Positions 12,792 to 27,602 of a DNA stretch of 64,000 nucleotides are shown here, piece by piece. This DNA is from Trichosphaerium sp. ATCC 40318. Its lineage: Eukaryota > Protista > Tubulinea. The notes under the pieces were generated by a model. That model saw only the letters and a list, made by a program, of their open reading frames with translations, had not been told where the DNA came from and did not search any database. The first letter of the stretch is position 1, and each line of letters opens with the position of its first letter. The stretch is taken from contig JALMLS010000329.1 of NCBI GenBank assembly GCA_038496445.1, positions 62,001 to 126,000 on the forward strand, written 5' to 3'. The position numbers were made by a program, and so were the translations under genes.

Positions 12792-14612
12792 TCATACAGA
12801 TTCTGTGCTTTCTTTGGTTTGTATCGTTTTTTTTTTAACAGCAATAGAAGTATTTGATGTACCACTGCGTTTTAATTTTCGAGGTTGGAAAGAGTAAACC
12901 TAAACACGTCAGGCCTTAACTGGTGGGCAAATAAAAAGCGCTGCAGTTATGTTATCTTACTTGTAGAATAGACAAGAGACTTTGAGCTGAGTAGCTTGCA
13001 CCAAATGCATAGATTGCTTTGACCAAGTCGAACGAAGGAGGTATCGTAAGAACAATAAGACTTATAATAAAAGCACCAAGAATGATTGAATTTGCTGTCA
13101 ATCGCCAAATAATCTACAAATAAATAAATCACATGACAAATCACGTGTACTTTAAAATTTGGCTTTATTTTTTGGATAAGATGCAAGCGTACGTTTCTTA
13201 AAATACCGTTTCCAACTCCATTCTTAAAACCTCCTGCACGTTTGAACACCTTTTACGTTTATTAAAAAAAACTGTAAACGAAAAGTCAACGTACTCTAAT
13301 TAAAATTACAACACCATACACCAATGTACCAAAGTTGACTAGGATACCAAGTACTTGCGGAAGTAACAGTACAGCCTTGGTTGGGTCTGAAATTATCGAA
13401 CGGAGTGTGGCAACCAATAATTCAAGTCCAATGAGAAAAGCACTCATTGCAATGAATGGAATAAGGAATTTTTTTGATTTTAGAAACAAGTGTATTTCGA
13501 GTCCTTTTGAAACAAGTGCTTCGTGCCTACCATGTATGTCAGCGAAAAGTGATACCGTAGTAATTTGCTGGTATGTAACGCACCAAAACATGGTTATCAT
13601 GATGTTGGTAATGGTTGAAAGAGGAAATGACAGGTAAAGTATAAAGTCATCGAACTCTGGACTGTAAAGCAAGTTCGCGCCCAAGAAATTGATGATGTAA
13701 ATAATCTTCACTGTAATGAAGATCGATGAGTTTAACAAACGTACTTGAAAAACAACAAGGGAGTACCTATATTCGCTATTATTTCAATAAATATCGCGAC
13801 CACAGCCAATGATAACGTGAATAATTGGTCTAGTTTGTAGAATTGATACAGCCTACGAAAAATGAGCTTGCGGTACTTTTTAAGGTTACTAGCGTACCTG
13901 AAGAAGCACAAACACAATGCCATCGTACAAAGCGCTGATACAATACATTGAACTAAAATAAAACCGACACTCGTAAAAAGTGCGTGACATTCATTGTGTG
14001 CTTCGAAATTTTAGTTCCCTACAATATTGACGCTTCGTACTTGGTGTAATTGTTACTGTCACGTTATTACTCAAGACACCTTTTCCATCAGCATCAGATA
14101 TTTCTACAATGGGCACACTGACTCTGTACAAGCTTCTCGCTATTAAAAAGTGAGAAATACGTAAAATCACGTGGGTTGTGTAGGAAAACAGGTATAAACA
14201 AAATAAAACTGAAAAAACATACCATAATTGAAATACATTTCACAGCCAATGTTACCAAAGAAAGGCGACCTTGAGTATATTATAGCGATTGCTCCTGCGT
14301 CCATAGCTCGGAGAATATTTTCTGTAGATACGTCCATCAACGGTAAATACACTACAGAGCCTAGGAAGTAGTTGTAGGCAAGAGTTTGTCAGAAAAAGGA
14401 GTTTGTTACAAAGTACCTCTAACTGGCCTATCAATCAAAGACAGCGACGCATTATTGATAGGTGAGAAGTCCAAAGAGTTTCCTCCGAATATTAAGGGTG
14501 TTGAATCAATAGTTATCACTTCTCCAAAAGATGTTGCATTCATGACTGCTATATTACCATACGCAATGGCAACAAGTGAAATGAAAAGGATGACAATTCG
14601 CGGAGCAAACAT
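12792..14612 (-). CDS. PA-domain 7TM receptor-like protein, copy 3 (inverted)
   Basis: ATG at 14612 (MFAPRIVILF), same exons as copies 1 and 2, ends ESTESV-TGA at 12792. Confidence 0.8.
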
Positions 14613-15066
14613 TATCCCGTACTCTTTATAAAAAGATACCCCGACTAAAACTGTTTTTTTACAGCACTTAAGTTCTTCCTTGACGTGGATGCGTACTGTA
14701 AAGAACAAATCAATCAAGAAAAATGCGCTATGTAGTATTTTGTAGCCGGTGGACTTTTTGGGATTGTGTTTTCGTTCATTGTAACGTAGAGTGTGGTAAC
14801 ACCATCAAATTTTAGGAGCTTGTGATTGTGGTAGTAAACTAGTTTACAGGTGTAGTGCTCGGCTAGGAATGGCCACGTTTCAGGTTCAACAATGGTAGTG
14901 TATTTGTTGCCACTATATCATTGTATAAGATTTTGCGAAGACGAAAAACCCCTAACTAGGAGGAACTCTAAGAAACTACCAATTTTTTAAGGCAAAGTTC
15001 TTTCATTGACTTATTCGTATTGTACATGCGGAATTTTGTTTCCTTTGCAGCAGCAGAGAAACAAGA

Positions 15067-18000
15067 TTATTCGTCTTTAGTGTTTTTTGCTATTATCTTT
15101 ACTATCTCTTCAAAGTTTGGTCTTTCTGATGGATTATACATCCAACAAGCATCAGTAAGTTCAATAATCCATGAAGGTGTCCGTTCTGGCATTAAAGGGT
15201 GACTACCTTTATCACGAATAGCAACAGCTGTATGCAAAATATTTGTGGTAGTTGAATGTGGCTCAGTACCGGACTAAAAGGTTTCTTAGTATTCTGTCAT
15301 GGTAATGACATTAAAATATACGCCCAAGATAATCAATAAGTACAACATTATCTTTTTAGAATGGATGTAGGGTTAAAAAAAACGCGTTTATTTTTGGGTC
15401 CAAGAAAAAAAATTGAATTACTGTTTTGTCATTATAAAACCCTTGGTAGGTGTTCGGTTTCGTAGGGATTTTGCGTACCATAAGTTCAAAGCAAACACAA
15501 GAAAATGACCAAGCATCTGATTGCGTTGAGTACACCTTATCACCAAGAGATTCTGGAGCCATCCACCTGAACAAGAATTAGTTTTTTTACCAGGAATTGC
15601 TTTATTGTGTACCTTAGTGGTCCTGTATTCGCGTTTGTTTTCCCTCTATTTTGTTTAACTGTTCTCGAAAGACCAAAATCTGATATTTTAGGAACAGGAT
15701 TGTCAATACTTGACAATAAAATATTCCTACAAGCCAAATCCCTAAAGAGAAATAATTCAGACAATATTTCGACAATTTGTGTCTTTCTTAAATGTTAAAG
15801 CGCATAGTGTCGTACCTGTGAACAATCTTTTCCATATGAATATGAAGAACACCACGTGCAATACCTTTTATAATCTCAATGCAAGTGTCAATTGGCAACA
15901 GAGGTTTTTTGAACGCAATAGCATCAAGACTCCCTCCAGCGACAAATTCCATTACGATTGATATTGAGTCTTCCTTCATAATAACACCATACATTTGTAC
16001 TACATTGGGATGTGGTCTTAATAAATTCATAAGCCTAACTTCTCCCATAAACTCATTCAACGCTTCAGCTTTGATATGAAGTCCAGTTTTCACAGCAACA
16101 TCTATTGCTCTCCATTTTCTGTTTGTGAAAAAATACGTTAACACGTGACAATAGTGTACGATTAAAATATTGATGATAAAACATAGGAAGGCACAACGAG
16201 AAATAAAACAACAAGAAAGGAGTGGTACAAACTTTTTGAAAGTATTAAGCTTGAACATTGTAAAAGTATTGAGTTTGACTTACCCTTTATGTACCACACC
16301 ATAGTTACCTCTTCCAAGCTCTTTTTCTAATACTACCGCATCTTCAGGTATTTCGAGTTTCTCGAAATTATCCCCATGGTTTATCGTTTCAGCTGTACTA
16401 ATAAAAGAGCTAGATCCGCCAGTATACCTTGTAGTAACTATTTCGATAAGAAAATAAGTTAAGTTTCGCTGCTTAAATTATTTGCTTTGTGTACCTTGTA
16501 CAGTCGCGACTTTAGAACGTCTGAAAAAGAATATAATGAGCAATACAACAATAATAATTAATATTATCACTACAAAAACAGTCACAATGGTGACAATCAC
16601 TAAAAAAGTCAGCATCACGTGAAAATAGATCAAAAAACAAAAGGATTTGTTCCACAACTACAATGGCTTCTCATAGGACAGACTTGAGTTATTAGAGGGT
16701 TACATACGATCAGGACTGAAGGAAGACCCAGAAGGTGTGACGTTTGATGCAACAGTAGGTGCGAGGGTGGGTGTCACTTTTGGATTGAAAGTATTAGTAA
16801 AAGGCACACGAGATAAAGGTGGATTTTAACGTACAACTCCAGTCTTGTATTTGAACACCATTAGAAATGCTAGTGCCAATAACAAGAACAATCAACATAT
16901 CGGTATCAGAAAGAAAAATACCAGCCGAATGAGCTAATATGAAAAAAAAAATCAGGTCAACAATTTTAAACTGTGGTATTAACGTACTTCCATCTTGGGT
17001 GTTATCATTAGCGGGTAATGGTGAGTCACCCCCAGTAGGGAATAGGAAAGTTATATTTCCATCTCTATATAACACTGTTACTGGTTCACGTCCACGAGTA
17101 GATCCAACTGATATATAAGAAAATCCAATGCAAAACTGATCTCCTTTGTCGTTCTTCCAAAATGGCCCAAATCCATAAGCAGTACTAAAAGAGTATGGAA
17201 GATTTGATAGACGAATACGTGATTGGATTGTGAAACTATCTACATCCAGAAAGTAGATTTGTGCTATAAACAATTAAAAGAATAAGAAAGTGATACTGTT
17301 TGAAAATTCTTTACCTTTAGGCTCGTCAAGGTTGGCTGTTGAGTTAGTGGACTCTTGTACGGGTGTAGAAACAACTATAGAGTCAATTAATTAACTCAGG
17401 AATGGAATATTTAGTTTGATAATTGAGCACGTGCCAAATACAAGCGAGGTTTCATTGTTTTGAGAAAACGGGAATAAATGTGTTAGGAACTTGTTTTCGT
17501 CATCAACACCGTCTGTAATGCTGAACGGGGTATTAATCGCTCCAAGAGGATCTTCAAGATCAAGTGGCAATATTCGTGTCATAACACGTATGCCTTCAAC
17601 CCATGAAACCAGTACACGTTGGCCAGATAACATGGCAAGTTTAGGTGATTTCATGACAACAGTACTATTGAACTGTATTCTCTTTGTCACAACACCGTCT
17701 ACCATCTTTACCACATCCAGTGATAAATAATCAAAAGAAAGCCTTGAGATTATAAAGTCCTTTACAGGACCTGTATTGAGTACAGATAAATACTGTAAGC
17801 TAAGAATTTCACTACCATCAACATGTCTTCTAAGAAAATAATTAAAAATGAACTTTAGCTTGATTTCATTGTTTGGTGGCGTTGCACGCTATCAAAAGAT
17901 GTGCACGCAATACAGTACCTAGAGTTATTCGCAAACACTGGCTCAGATACCACTTCAGTCCCATTTGAGATGTGAAAAGTCACTGGTTCGAGTACCCCTT

Positions 18001-18495
18001 CATAGAGACTAAAAGACTCTCTGAGGCAAAAAATAGAGTCTTGAGTTATAAATCCGCAGTGATATAGTGGTGTGCCGAACACAAGCGAACAAATTGGTCC
18101 AGGTATGTGTGTACAAACGAATAAACTTGCACACCACTGTTGGACCAAAGGATATTCGCCATTCGCTTGCCACGCTCGTAATTGAGTGCAAACACGTCTA
18201 TTAGCTTCTCTATCCATTACGCTAATGTAAGATATTATAAATAAATCACCAGAACCGTTTTTTATTATCTGAGGGTGCGATGAGTCCGCTGTAACTAGTT
18301 TAGACAAAAAAAGAGTTAGCGTTAGGTACACAATTATAAATAGGATAAAAAGAGCTATTTATGCCCTTTGTTTAGTACTATGTAGAACGTACTCAAAAAG
18401 CCTGGGTCTTGAAAGAATTCCGTTGTTGAGCGAGGGTGTTGTGCATAAACCGTTGTGATTGCTATTAATGCATAAAACAGCACGTATACACCCAT
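15067..18495 (-). CDS. Receptor-type tyrosine kinase / TKL kinase
   Basis: Signal peptide [18 protein letters not shown], large ectodomain, TM near 16540-16600, kinase motifs [40 protein letters not shown]. Confidence 0.85.
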
Positions 18496-18798
18496 TTTGG
18501 CTTGTTTTGATAAATATTACTCGCTCTGAGCTGTATGGCTGCTTAATAGTTTTACTTTGCGTATAAGATCGTGGTGCTACGTCTCTGATCTTTTCTTTGT
18601 AGCTAGCAACTTGACGAGAACTTGGCTCTTTTTTGACAAAAACTAGCGTTGACGCACTTAATAGTTAATGAAAAACGTTAGTATTACGCTTCATGACACT
18701 GGTTTAGTCGATACAACTTTGGTAGTGTTTTCTATCACGTGATAGTCCAAAATAATACTTAACTACCAACCAACTACTTTGCAGAATTTCGCAGTGTT

Positions 18799-19462
18799 AT
18801 GGCCTCAGCTACGCCCAAAAAGGGTAGCAAACAGAAGAAACCCGAGTTAGTTGTTTTTGATTGTGATAAAACTATATGGCCGTTTTACGTTCGATTCAGA
18901 GGTCCATTCGCTCCAAATGGTTCTTATATACGTATTTACGTGCTTCTTAAGCTGATTAGAAAATGGCAGCGCTGTAGATTGTAGAAACAACACTGTTGAC
19001 CTCTATCCTAACGTACGCGAAATATTTGAGTATACACAGGCGAAAGGGATGAAAATAGCGCTTGCCAGCCGTACACCAGACCCTGAAGCAGCTCAAAGTC
19101 TGATAAAGGCGTTAGATATATCCCGACATATTAATGTGCGTTTAACCACCGTTTTGGGGAACAGCAGTTGGCTGTTCGCTGAATACCTCTTTGCAACTTC
19201 TTTTTACTCGTTTCTATTGCTCAATACTCTGTAGTTCCATCAGTTATATCCTGGTACAAAAGTGAGTCATTTTAATGCGTTGAAGGAAGATAGTAATGTT
19301 GATTTTAAGAACATGTTATTCTTCGATGATGAAGCCAAGAATATACGTGAAGTATCAGATATGGGTGTGTTATGTGTTCACGTGCGTGGTGGTATGAGTT
19401 GGGATTATTTAAAAGAAGGATTAAACAAGTTTGCAAAGAGACAAGAGAAAGGGACTCATTGA
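18799..19462 (+). CDS. MDP1: Magnesium-dependent phosphatase 1 (HAD IIIC)
   Basis: VVFDCDKTIWPF, ALASRT, YPGTKVSHF and MLFFDDE..N motifs over three exons. Confidence 0.88.
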
Positions 19463-19825
19463 ACAAACAGCTTGCGAACATATTCTAAACAAGACAACAA
19501 TGGCAAAATACTAGATCCTATTGTCGTCTGGCTCTACAAACATAACAAACACAAGTTGGAGGACGCACCCCTTTGGCTTAACCGCTGGTCACGAGGCCTG
19601 ACTTTGTTTTATAAACTCAAAGAGGATTTACCTTGTGATGTTAGCTTGAAGGCAAAAAAAATTGTACAAAAACACCTATGTCAGAGTATACAATTGCTAT
19701 GGCAACAGCACCAAAAATAAAACTGACATTAATCGCAGGATAGCACACTTTGCTTTTAAAAGCTAACTAAGTTTCTATTCTTTTTTGTTTGTTTGTTATT
19801 CTATTGTACATGAAATTTTTGATTT

Positions 19826-22800
19826 TTACATTTTTGGCTCACGTTCATGTGAAAGAATCCATAATTGCTGCTCAGATAGTATAGGTAGAGCATATAAAAA
19901 TGTCTTCAAAGGTTCAGTAAGCTTAAGCTTATAAGGTGGCTTCTGGTGTGCAGTTAACTTGACGATTGCTTCATATGTCAAACGCCATTTTTCGAAATTA
20001 ATTAAAGTCCTTTCGTCACGTTCAACCTCATCTGGGTTACCTTTAAAAAAATCATTAATAACTTAACTAGAATAGAATACAAGTATATGTTATAAAGCAA
20101 TAAGTATTTTACAAAAAAAAATAAAATCAAGGGTACCTTCATCGATAAAAGTCAAATCAGTCAAAAGAGTTCCCATATAAGGCATGATGACAGTAGGACT
20201 TGTTTTTATAGCATCTCTAAGAGCTTTAAATGAACTCACTGGATTAAGTAATTTTTGTATTTGAGCTAAACCCTCTAGTATCTTCTTTGGGATTTGTTCA
20301 AACGTCTAGAGAACACAGTCAACCCAAACAAAAAAAAAACAAAAAAAGTTCAAAAAAAAAAAACTAACCTGCTTCAACCTGGAAACAGGTCCCATGATAA
20401 GTCCTGCGTTGATACCCATCAACGTATGAAAGTTACCCATCTCACGTAGATGCATAGAGACACTTGCTAGTTTACATATAACTCTAACGCGATCTTTGAT
20501 CTTAGCTTGAAGAAGAACATTCGAAGCAACCCAGAAAGAAACCTTATTAGCTCTTTGAATAAGAGTAACAACATTCCTTGCACATTGCTTATTTGAATTC
20601 CAAGCTTGACCCAAAAGTTCATCGCTTGATATACGCTTATATGTACCAAACTCTAGTCTTGTAAGGTGTTTTGCTATTGCTTCATCGCTGTAGTTACTCA
20701 ACAACATCTGAGAAGGAGCAGTAACAATATCAAGCTAGATTTTAAAAAAAGTTTAGTAATTATGAAGCCTCCGTAGTTATACAATACCTCTAATTCCTTT
20801 TTAAAAGGCATAGGAATATTCCCACTAGATTTGGGTTTATTCGCTTTATTCAACTAGATATTTAAAATGAGCTCAATGCCAACAACAATAATTATTGTTC
20901 TTCTTCAAAAAAAAAAAAGTTCTCAACAACGTACACTTTTTGTCGTTTCTGATAGCATCATTCTACCCAATTTAGCGTGTTTTGGTTCTTTCAAGATAGA
21001 CACAAATGCCTCGAGTTCCTTTGTTACTTTTTCATCAAAGTCTACACCACGGATTTTCGTCCATTTCTTCAACACCTACAACTACTTTAGTACAACTTTT
21101 CTGAAAGAAAAATTTTTTAAACGACGTACTCTGCACACAGATACTTGAACAACGCTCTTCTCATGAGGTGTTAAAGCTCCTTTTGGTACATTAAATCTCT
21201 CAATAAGCTTCTTTATAAGAAGTATAGGTGTCGTAAAGGACGTAAAAGTCATCAAAAACGTAGTGACAAAATCGTCTTAAAAAAAAGGTTAGCAAAAAAG
21301 AAACATATAATACAACACGTGCCAGTTTGATTTCCGTCCGTTAAACGTATTATAAGATTATTAAGTGTTCCAGGGCGATATATTTTAAGTAAATTAGGAT
21401 CAACCTCTTTAGGTTCATCCCAAATAGAGACTTCCTCTTCAGCAGTGTAAACAACTTCAACGTCTTCTAAAAGAATACAAAAGTTAGCATGTAATTTTGT
21501 TCACGATCAAGGAATCTAATACCTGGAGCTACAGCATCTTGCATGACGTATATATAACTCAACGTCTCAAAATCATTCAGCATACGCTTCAAATAAGCTA
21601 CAAATGAAGTTGCAATAGCACCAATATGCAATAAAATGCTTTCAAGAACAGTACAATCTCCTTCATTTGACATACTTCTTGCGTCAATCCACAACTGAGA
21701 AGCAAGCTGGTAAAGCTTGTTCGTACTCTCTACAATACTATTAAGCCCCATCACGGTATTAAAAGTACTGTACCTGCAATACAATGACGCAGAGAATCCT
21801 GAACTGACAGTTTTTTTCGAATGTTTGCCAAAATGGAAGGATCAGCAGCCAAGACTTTACCTCGGTGAGGTGCTCGTTTAACTTTACCAAGAGCTTCATT
21901 CAAAGCCTTAGCTACAGCTGATTGATCGCTTATTCCACTACAACTTTCTTTGGTACAGTCAAGAACTCGTGTGAGTGTCAATTGTACATTAGATGTCGCC
22001 TTATTCAAACTTGTACGCTGCAACAAAACATAAGATTTTCAAGGGCTTCTAAGGTTTATCCAAAGTCTCTTACCTTTGCTTCAAACTCTGTATCTGTATT
22101 AGCTTTTGATATACCACTAGCAACATGAAGAAAACCTACAAGAGTCAGTAACCAAGTTGAAAAAAGAAAGAAGACAGGTGATGTTCAAAGGTCATACCTA
22201 AAACTGAGTTTGAAAACTGCCTAGCTGCAGTCTTAAGCTCTTGAACAGCTTGTCCTCTCCTCGCAATAACTTGTTTCTTCTTACGCCGAAACCTTGCTGT
22301 GAGCTTACCAATACCTCGTAATGAACCGATTTCTAGATCACTTGTACTCTTCTTACTTAATGGACGTCCTTTCATTGGAGGTAGTGGTGACACGTTAGGT
22401 CCTGTTGAAGATGATATGGTCTTCGAACGAGTGGCCGCTACAGGCGTAGGCGATAGACCCCCTGGTAGATCACCAACATTGCTCGTTCTTGATCTATAAA
22501 CTCTATCACTATTCGCAGGAGGAATTACTTCTTCAGGCTGTTCTTTAGGTTGTTCAGGTAAAGATAACGTTCGTGTTAACGTTCTTTTTCTGTTTGGTTT
22601 AGGTGATGCATTAGATATTGTAGCTGGAGCTGGTGCTGGTGCATTTGACACTTTGCGTAAGGAAGCGTTTGATTGTAGTCGAAGTAGATTAATCTAAGTA
22701 AATGTAAGCCAAACAAAGGTAATGGCAATTAGAATACATGATAGAAAATTAATTGTCATTTGTTTTGCAACAACAATAAAATACCCATTCAAATAAAAGG

Positions 22801-24824
22801 GTGTACCTGAAATCGAGCAATCTCGGCCATTATAGATCTAGAACTAGCGCCAGCATCTTCCTTATTTGCATTCCATGACTTTTCAAACTCAGGGAACTTT
22901 TCTTTTAATATTGAAATAATTCTACTACAAAGTGCAGTCTTATCAGCAACAGTCCCTGTTCCTTTCACAATAGGAGATGTGAATGATGGTGTCCTCGAAA
23001 ATGGAACCTAAAAAAAACCACATTAAACAAATAATCACGTACAGACAAGAAAAGCAATCGCAAAAAAATATACCTTTCTGGGCGATGTCAAAGAACTGTT
23101 TAAAGATCGTCTGTTTCTTCTCGTCTTCTTCGGAGGAACTGGAGGTGGATAACTTGGAGGTGATGATAACTTTGCTCTAGGAGAGGAAGGAGACAGAACG
23201 AATGTAGAAGGTGGTCTCGCAAGGGTGCGTGGAGAAGATGGTGTATACGTAAGTGCACCAACAGCATCAAGTGGTGTTTTGGGTGCTGTACCCATAGCAA
23301 GAGAAGCCATTGAAACTGATTTATGCATTGCCTCCAGAGCACCACCTGCTTTCAAGTTACTCATACTAGCAGAACGTCTATATACGGGCGGAGTGGGCGG
23401 TTTTTTCTTCAAAAAGAAATCAGCATCATCAAGAAGAAAATTACATTTCATTTGAATGAAACTGTCTTAAATCATCCACTTACCGGTTTTTTAGGTTGTG
23501 GAGTAGGTCTTGTAGAAGTTGATAATAGCGTGCTCATACCAGGATGATCTTGAGCAGATACTGAGATGAAACGACTAAGTCGCTTATTACGAGTTGATGC
23601 CTTGAAAATTAAGGCTTTTATAGCGCTAGTAACTGCCAATCTGTTTATATCAAGGTATTAATAAAGAAAGAAATAGAATTAAAGTAATATAAAAGAGAAA
23701 CAATAAAAGACAGAAAAAACGAAAAAAACAAAGAAAGAAAAAAAAAACTTGCCTATTTTGGTTATACTGCGCCAAGTATACAGAATCAGTAGATTTTCTA
23801 TGTACAATCTTTCCTGACTGTAATAAAGTCGCATAACGAGCGTTTATAGATTTTGCATTCTAAATAAAGCTTAGAAGCAATATATACGCAATAAACGTTT
23901 ATACTAACCAGTCCAACAGAGCTACCACTCTTTTGAAGCGCTCTAAAGAACGCATCTTTTGTTTTAACTAAAGTCTTCGCTGCTGCGTCTATTGCACTTC
24001 CATCACTATTTTTTTTCATAACAGCATCATGGAACGCCTTTATAGCTGCCTAAAAAACCCAATTTCTTAAGAAATGCTTCTGAAAAAAATCAAAGAAAAA
24101 AAATAATATTGTACCACAGCTTGCTTCGCTACAGTCCCTAAACTTATCTCCTGTCCAGGTTCAACATCTTCTTTCTCTTTAATTACTACTTTTGGCGCTT
24201 CCTTTGGCTCTGGTGCCTTGTTTAAGTTCTAAAAAAAAAGATTTGAGTTAAATTGGGAATGTATGAAAAGAAATATTTTCTGTATTGCGTCAAAGTTACT
24301 ATATTTCAATATCCTATCGTTTGACGTTGAAATTGACTCGTTTGAATAAATTTTGCTATTTCGTACTGCTTCAATTTCCACAAAGCCTTGTGCGGCGTTA
24401 ATCACATCTTTGGCAAGGTTTTTTGCTGATTTTAAGCTGTTTGTGAGTTGTTGGACAGTCATAAAATCTAACGGATTGCTATGCACTTGCTGAGCGTGTT
24501 TTACAAGAGAAATAACCATATCTCGTAAATCCTGAGCGCATTCATAAAAATAAGCTACCACGCTGGTGAGTTTGCGTTGCTGTATTCGCGTTGAAACGTA
24601 CCTAGCTGTAACTTAAAGGCTTTCATACTGCGACGCGTTTCAACATATTTTTTCACTATCGCGCCAAGTTTAAACGTAGCCCCAGCTATTTTCTTCGCCA
24701 TTATAAGCAATTCTTCTTCTGTACAGCCTTCTTCGGAGCCAGTAACTCGGACACGCTCTATAAGTGTCGTAGCATCGCTCAGTATATTAGAGCATATATC
24801 AGACACAATGACGTGCAAAGCCAT
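19826..24824 (-). CDS. RasGEF (REM + CDC25) with N-terminal helical bundles and Pro-rich linkers
   Basis: GTLNNLIIRLT, FVTTFLMTFTSF, IAKHLTRLE, GNFHTLMGINAGL, MPYMGTLLTDLTFIDEGNPD, LINFEK; ends EREPKM-TAA. Confidence 0.88.
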
Positions 24825-25014
24825 GGTATCAATATTTAAAAATCAAACTCCTGAGCTTGTTTTAACTACTTTGAGCAGCCAATTAAACGATTTGTTAATA
24901 TTACCTTCTAAATTAATACATGTAGGCGACCGGAGGTCAACCCGTGCTTTTTAAAGTCAATAAAAACTTCTGTTGACTTTTGGTATTAACTCAATATAAG
25001 CAGCTCTGATAAGC

Positions 25015-27183
25015 ATGTCAAGGCGTCGAGGAACCATAAATCCTAATCATAGAGTGATTGCAGCAGATTTTGGCGCTTGTACATTAAAAGCACACGATTT
25101 ATTCATAAATTCTGAAAGGTACGGCGGAGAGGTCTACACTCGCACCTAATAGTACGTCAGGGTCATTCATAACTTCATTGCAACTTCGAAAAAGGAGAAG
25201 GCTCAATACATCGGCGAAGAGATAGCTAATTGTAGATTTTTCTCTGTACAGATCCTTTCAAAGCGATTACAGGCAATTTTTAATATAATCTAGCAACTGT
25301 TTCTTCGTAGACCTCACGACAAGGGTTACTTGATCAATTGGAACCTTCAAAAACAAATATGGCGCCCTGAAATGGGATACACGCGTTCTCATGGTCAATC
25401 AGTATGTAGTTAACAAATTCGCGTATTTCAACTTGAAATGCATTATAACGAGCGTAGTGGGACCCCTCAGATACTTCATTTGTATTAACGCAACCACCAT
25501 TTAATTTGCGCGTTTTAACGAAAAGAACAGCAGAAGTAGTATTCGAAGAGTACAGATTTAAAAGTGAGTGAACAAAACAACAACATTTAAAGCCATAACA
25601 GCAATTTTATGTTGACCTTTTTTGTGTTGACTTTGACGGTTAAACTAACGGCTTCCTCCTAGGTTTTTGTTATCCTCAAGCTTCAGAAATGATTGCTTAT
25701 GGATTGGCTAATAATCCAGAATATATGGGTGTTCCTCCAGATCGTCACGAATTAGTACAAAATAACCCATGTGCTCTTATTCTTGATTGCGGTTATTCGT
25801 TTACTCATGCTACACCAACATTCTTTGGTAAGCCAATGAACTTTGCAACAAAGAGGTATGATAAATTTTTTACCATGTACACGTGTGGGTTATATTAGAT
25901 GTTATTTTTAGCTCGTGATTGTGGAGCGTTTTGTTTGACTTTTTTTTTGTAGGTTAAATATTGGTGGGAAAGTGCTGACGAATTACTTGAAGGAACTCAT
26001 ATCGTATAGGTTTGTTTTTGTTTTTATTATTATTATTACTTCGTCTTATAATTCTTTAAGATATTGGAATGTGATGGAAGAGACTTATTTGATGTCAATG
26101 ATAAAACAAAGATTGTGTTATGTTTCACAAGATTTTGAAGCTGATATGAAAGTTACACGATACCGTGGTTCTTCAAATACAATTAGACAGTTCTATGTAC
26201 TACCAGATTATGTCGAAGCCACTGATAAAAGTCTTTATGGATATGTAGAAGTACGTAATAATCAGCAATCTTTAAAACAATCCTTTTTGTTTTTAATTTT
26301 TTGATTAGACTGATAGACAAATAATTCGAGAAAAAAAAGATCAAATTCTTGTACGTTGCTTATCGCTGTAAAGTCTTTTTCGCTTATTTTATTTTTTTTA
26401 TTTAGATTATGAACAATGAACGTATAAGTGTTCCAGAGATATTATTTCATCCTTCTGATGCAGGTAAAGGAAAAAAACTTGATTGGAAAAAAAAACTAGT
26501 TTTTATCTATTTCTAAGAATTACCTTCTCATCTTGTTGCACCTCACTTTATTTTGATCATATACCACCTCGAACATGATATAATTGATGCTTCATTTACA
26601 CACTAGTGTTTCCGTAGTTTCGAAGCATTTATCATCCTTTTAGGTATTGGACAAGCTGGTGTTGCTGAAATGATTTATGAGTCTGCAATGGCTTGTCCTG
26701 AGGAACTTCAAGAAGCTCTCTTATCGAATGTTATACTTGTTGGAGGAACAACACAGCTTCAAGGTTTTAAAGAGAGGGTAGAGAAGGAGCTACAAGCACT
26801 TGTACCTTCAGATTTTACCATTAATGTTACACAACCAAAAAAGTACGCCGTTTTCTTACTTTCTCTCTTTAGTTTTCTTTTTGGTTTGAAACCTGTCTTG
26901 TCTTATGCATGTCATACAGTAATCCCGAAATTGTATACATTACATTGACATCAAAATTAAAACGACCGAATCACGTGATTAGTTAAAAACTCGCAAATTG
27001 TTTTTTTTTTGTTTGGTTTTGCAATTACTTTGCTTATATGTTTTCAGTCCTGCGTTAACAGCATTGCGTGGAGCTACTGTTTTTGGACAGAAATTACAGA
27101 AAGGTGATGATGCTTTGTTTAAGCAAAATATGATCACTAGGAGGACGTATAATGATGAAGGCATTAGGAGTATTTTACGCTAA
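25015..27183 (+). CDS. ARP6: Actin-related protein 6 (SWR1 complex)
   Basis: [64 protein letters not shown]. Confidence 0.88.
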
Positions 27184-27289
27184 AACAAAGTCACAATCTT
27201 TTTTTTGAGTACACTATTCAAAAAAAAAAAAGGACTAGTACCCACAGTTCTCTGTTGTATAATATACGAGATTAAAATTACATAATTTC

Positions 27290-27540
27290 AAAGTGCATAC
27301 ACCTTTTACTCTCAACAACTATTACTTAGCGATTCTATACAAACATTCTGTGAGATTAATGGAAGACATCTCAGCATTAGTTGGTTCTCTTAATATTGTT
27401 TTGCTAAGCAAAGGTGTAACAGATGAAGGTAACCCTTATACACTGATGAAAGTGTCGTAACATTGGCTGAGGATTCTTCAAGTTGTTGTCTATATAAGGT
27501 TGTAAAAAGCTGTTTACACCCATCGGTGTAATGATGGCCA
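27290..27540 (+). pseudogene. Decayed LRR remnant
   Basis: EDISALVGSLNIVLLSKGVTDEG and TDESVVTLA in different frames. Confidence 0.55.
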
Positions 27541-27602
27541 TGGAGTGTTTAAATACTAAAAGCAGTAGGATTTAATCCAACTTTATTTGCAATTGATTTT
27601 AT

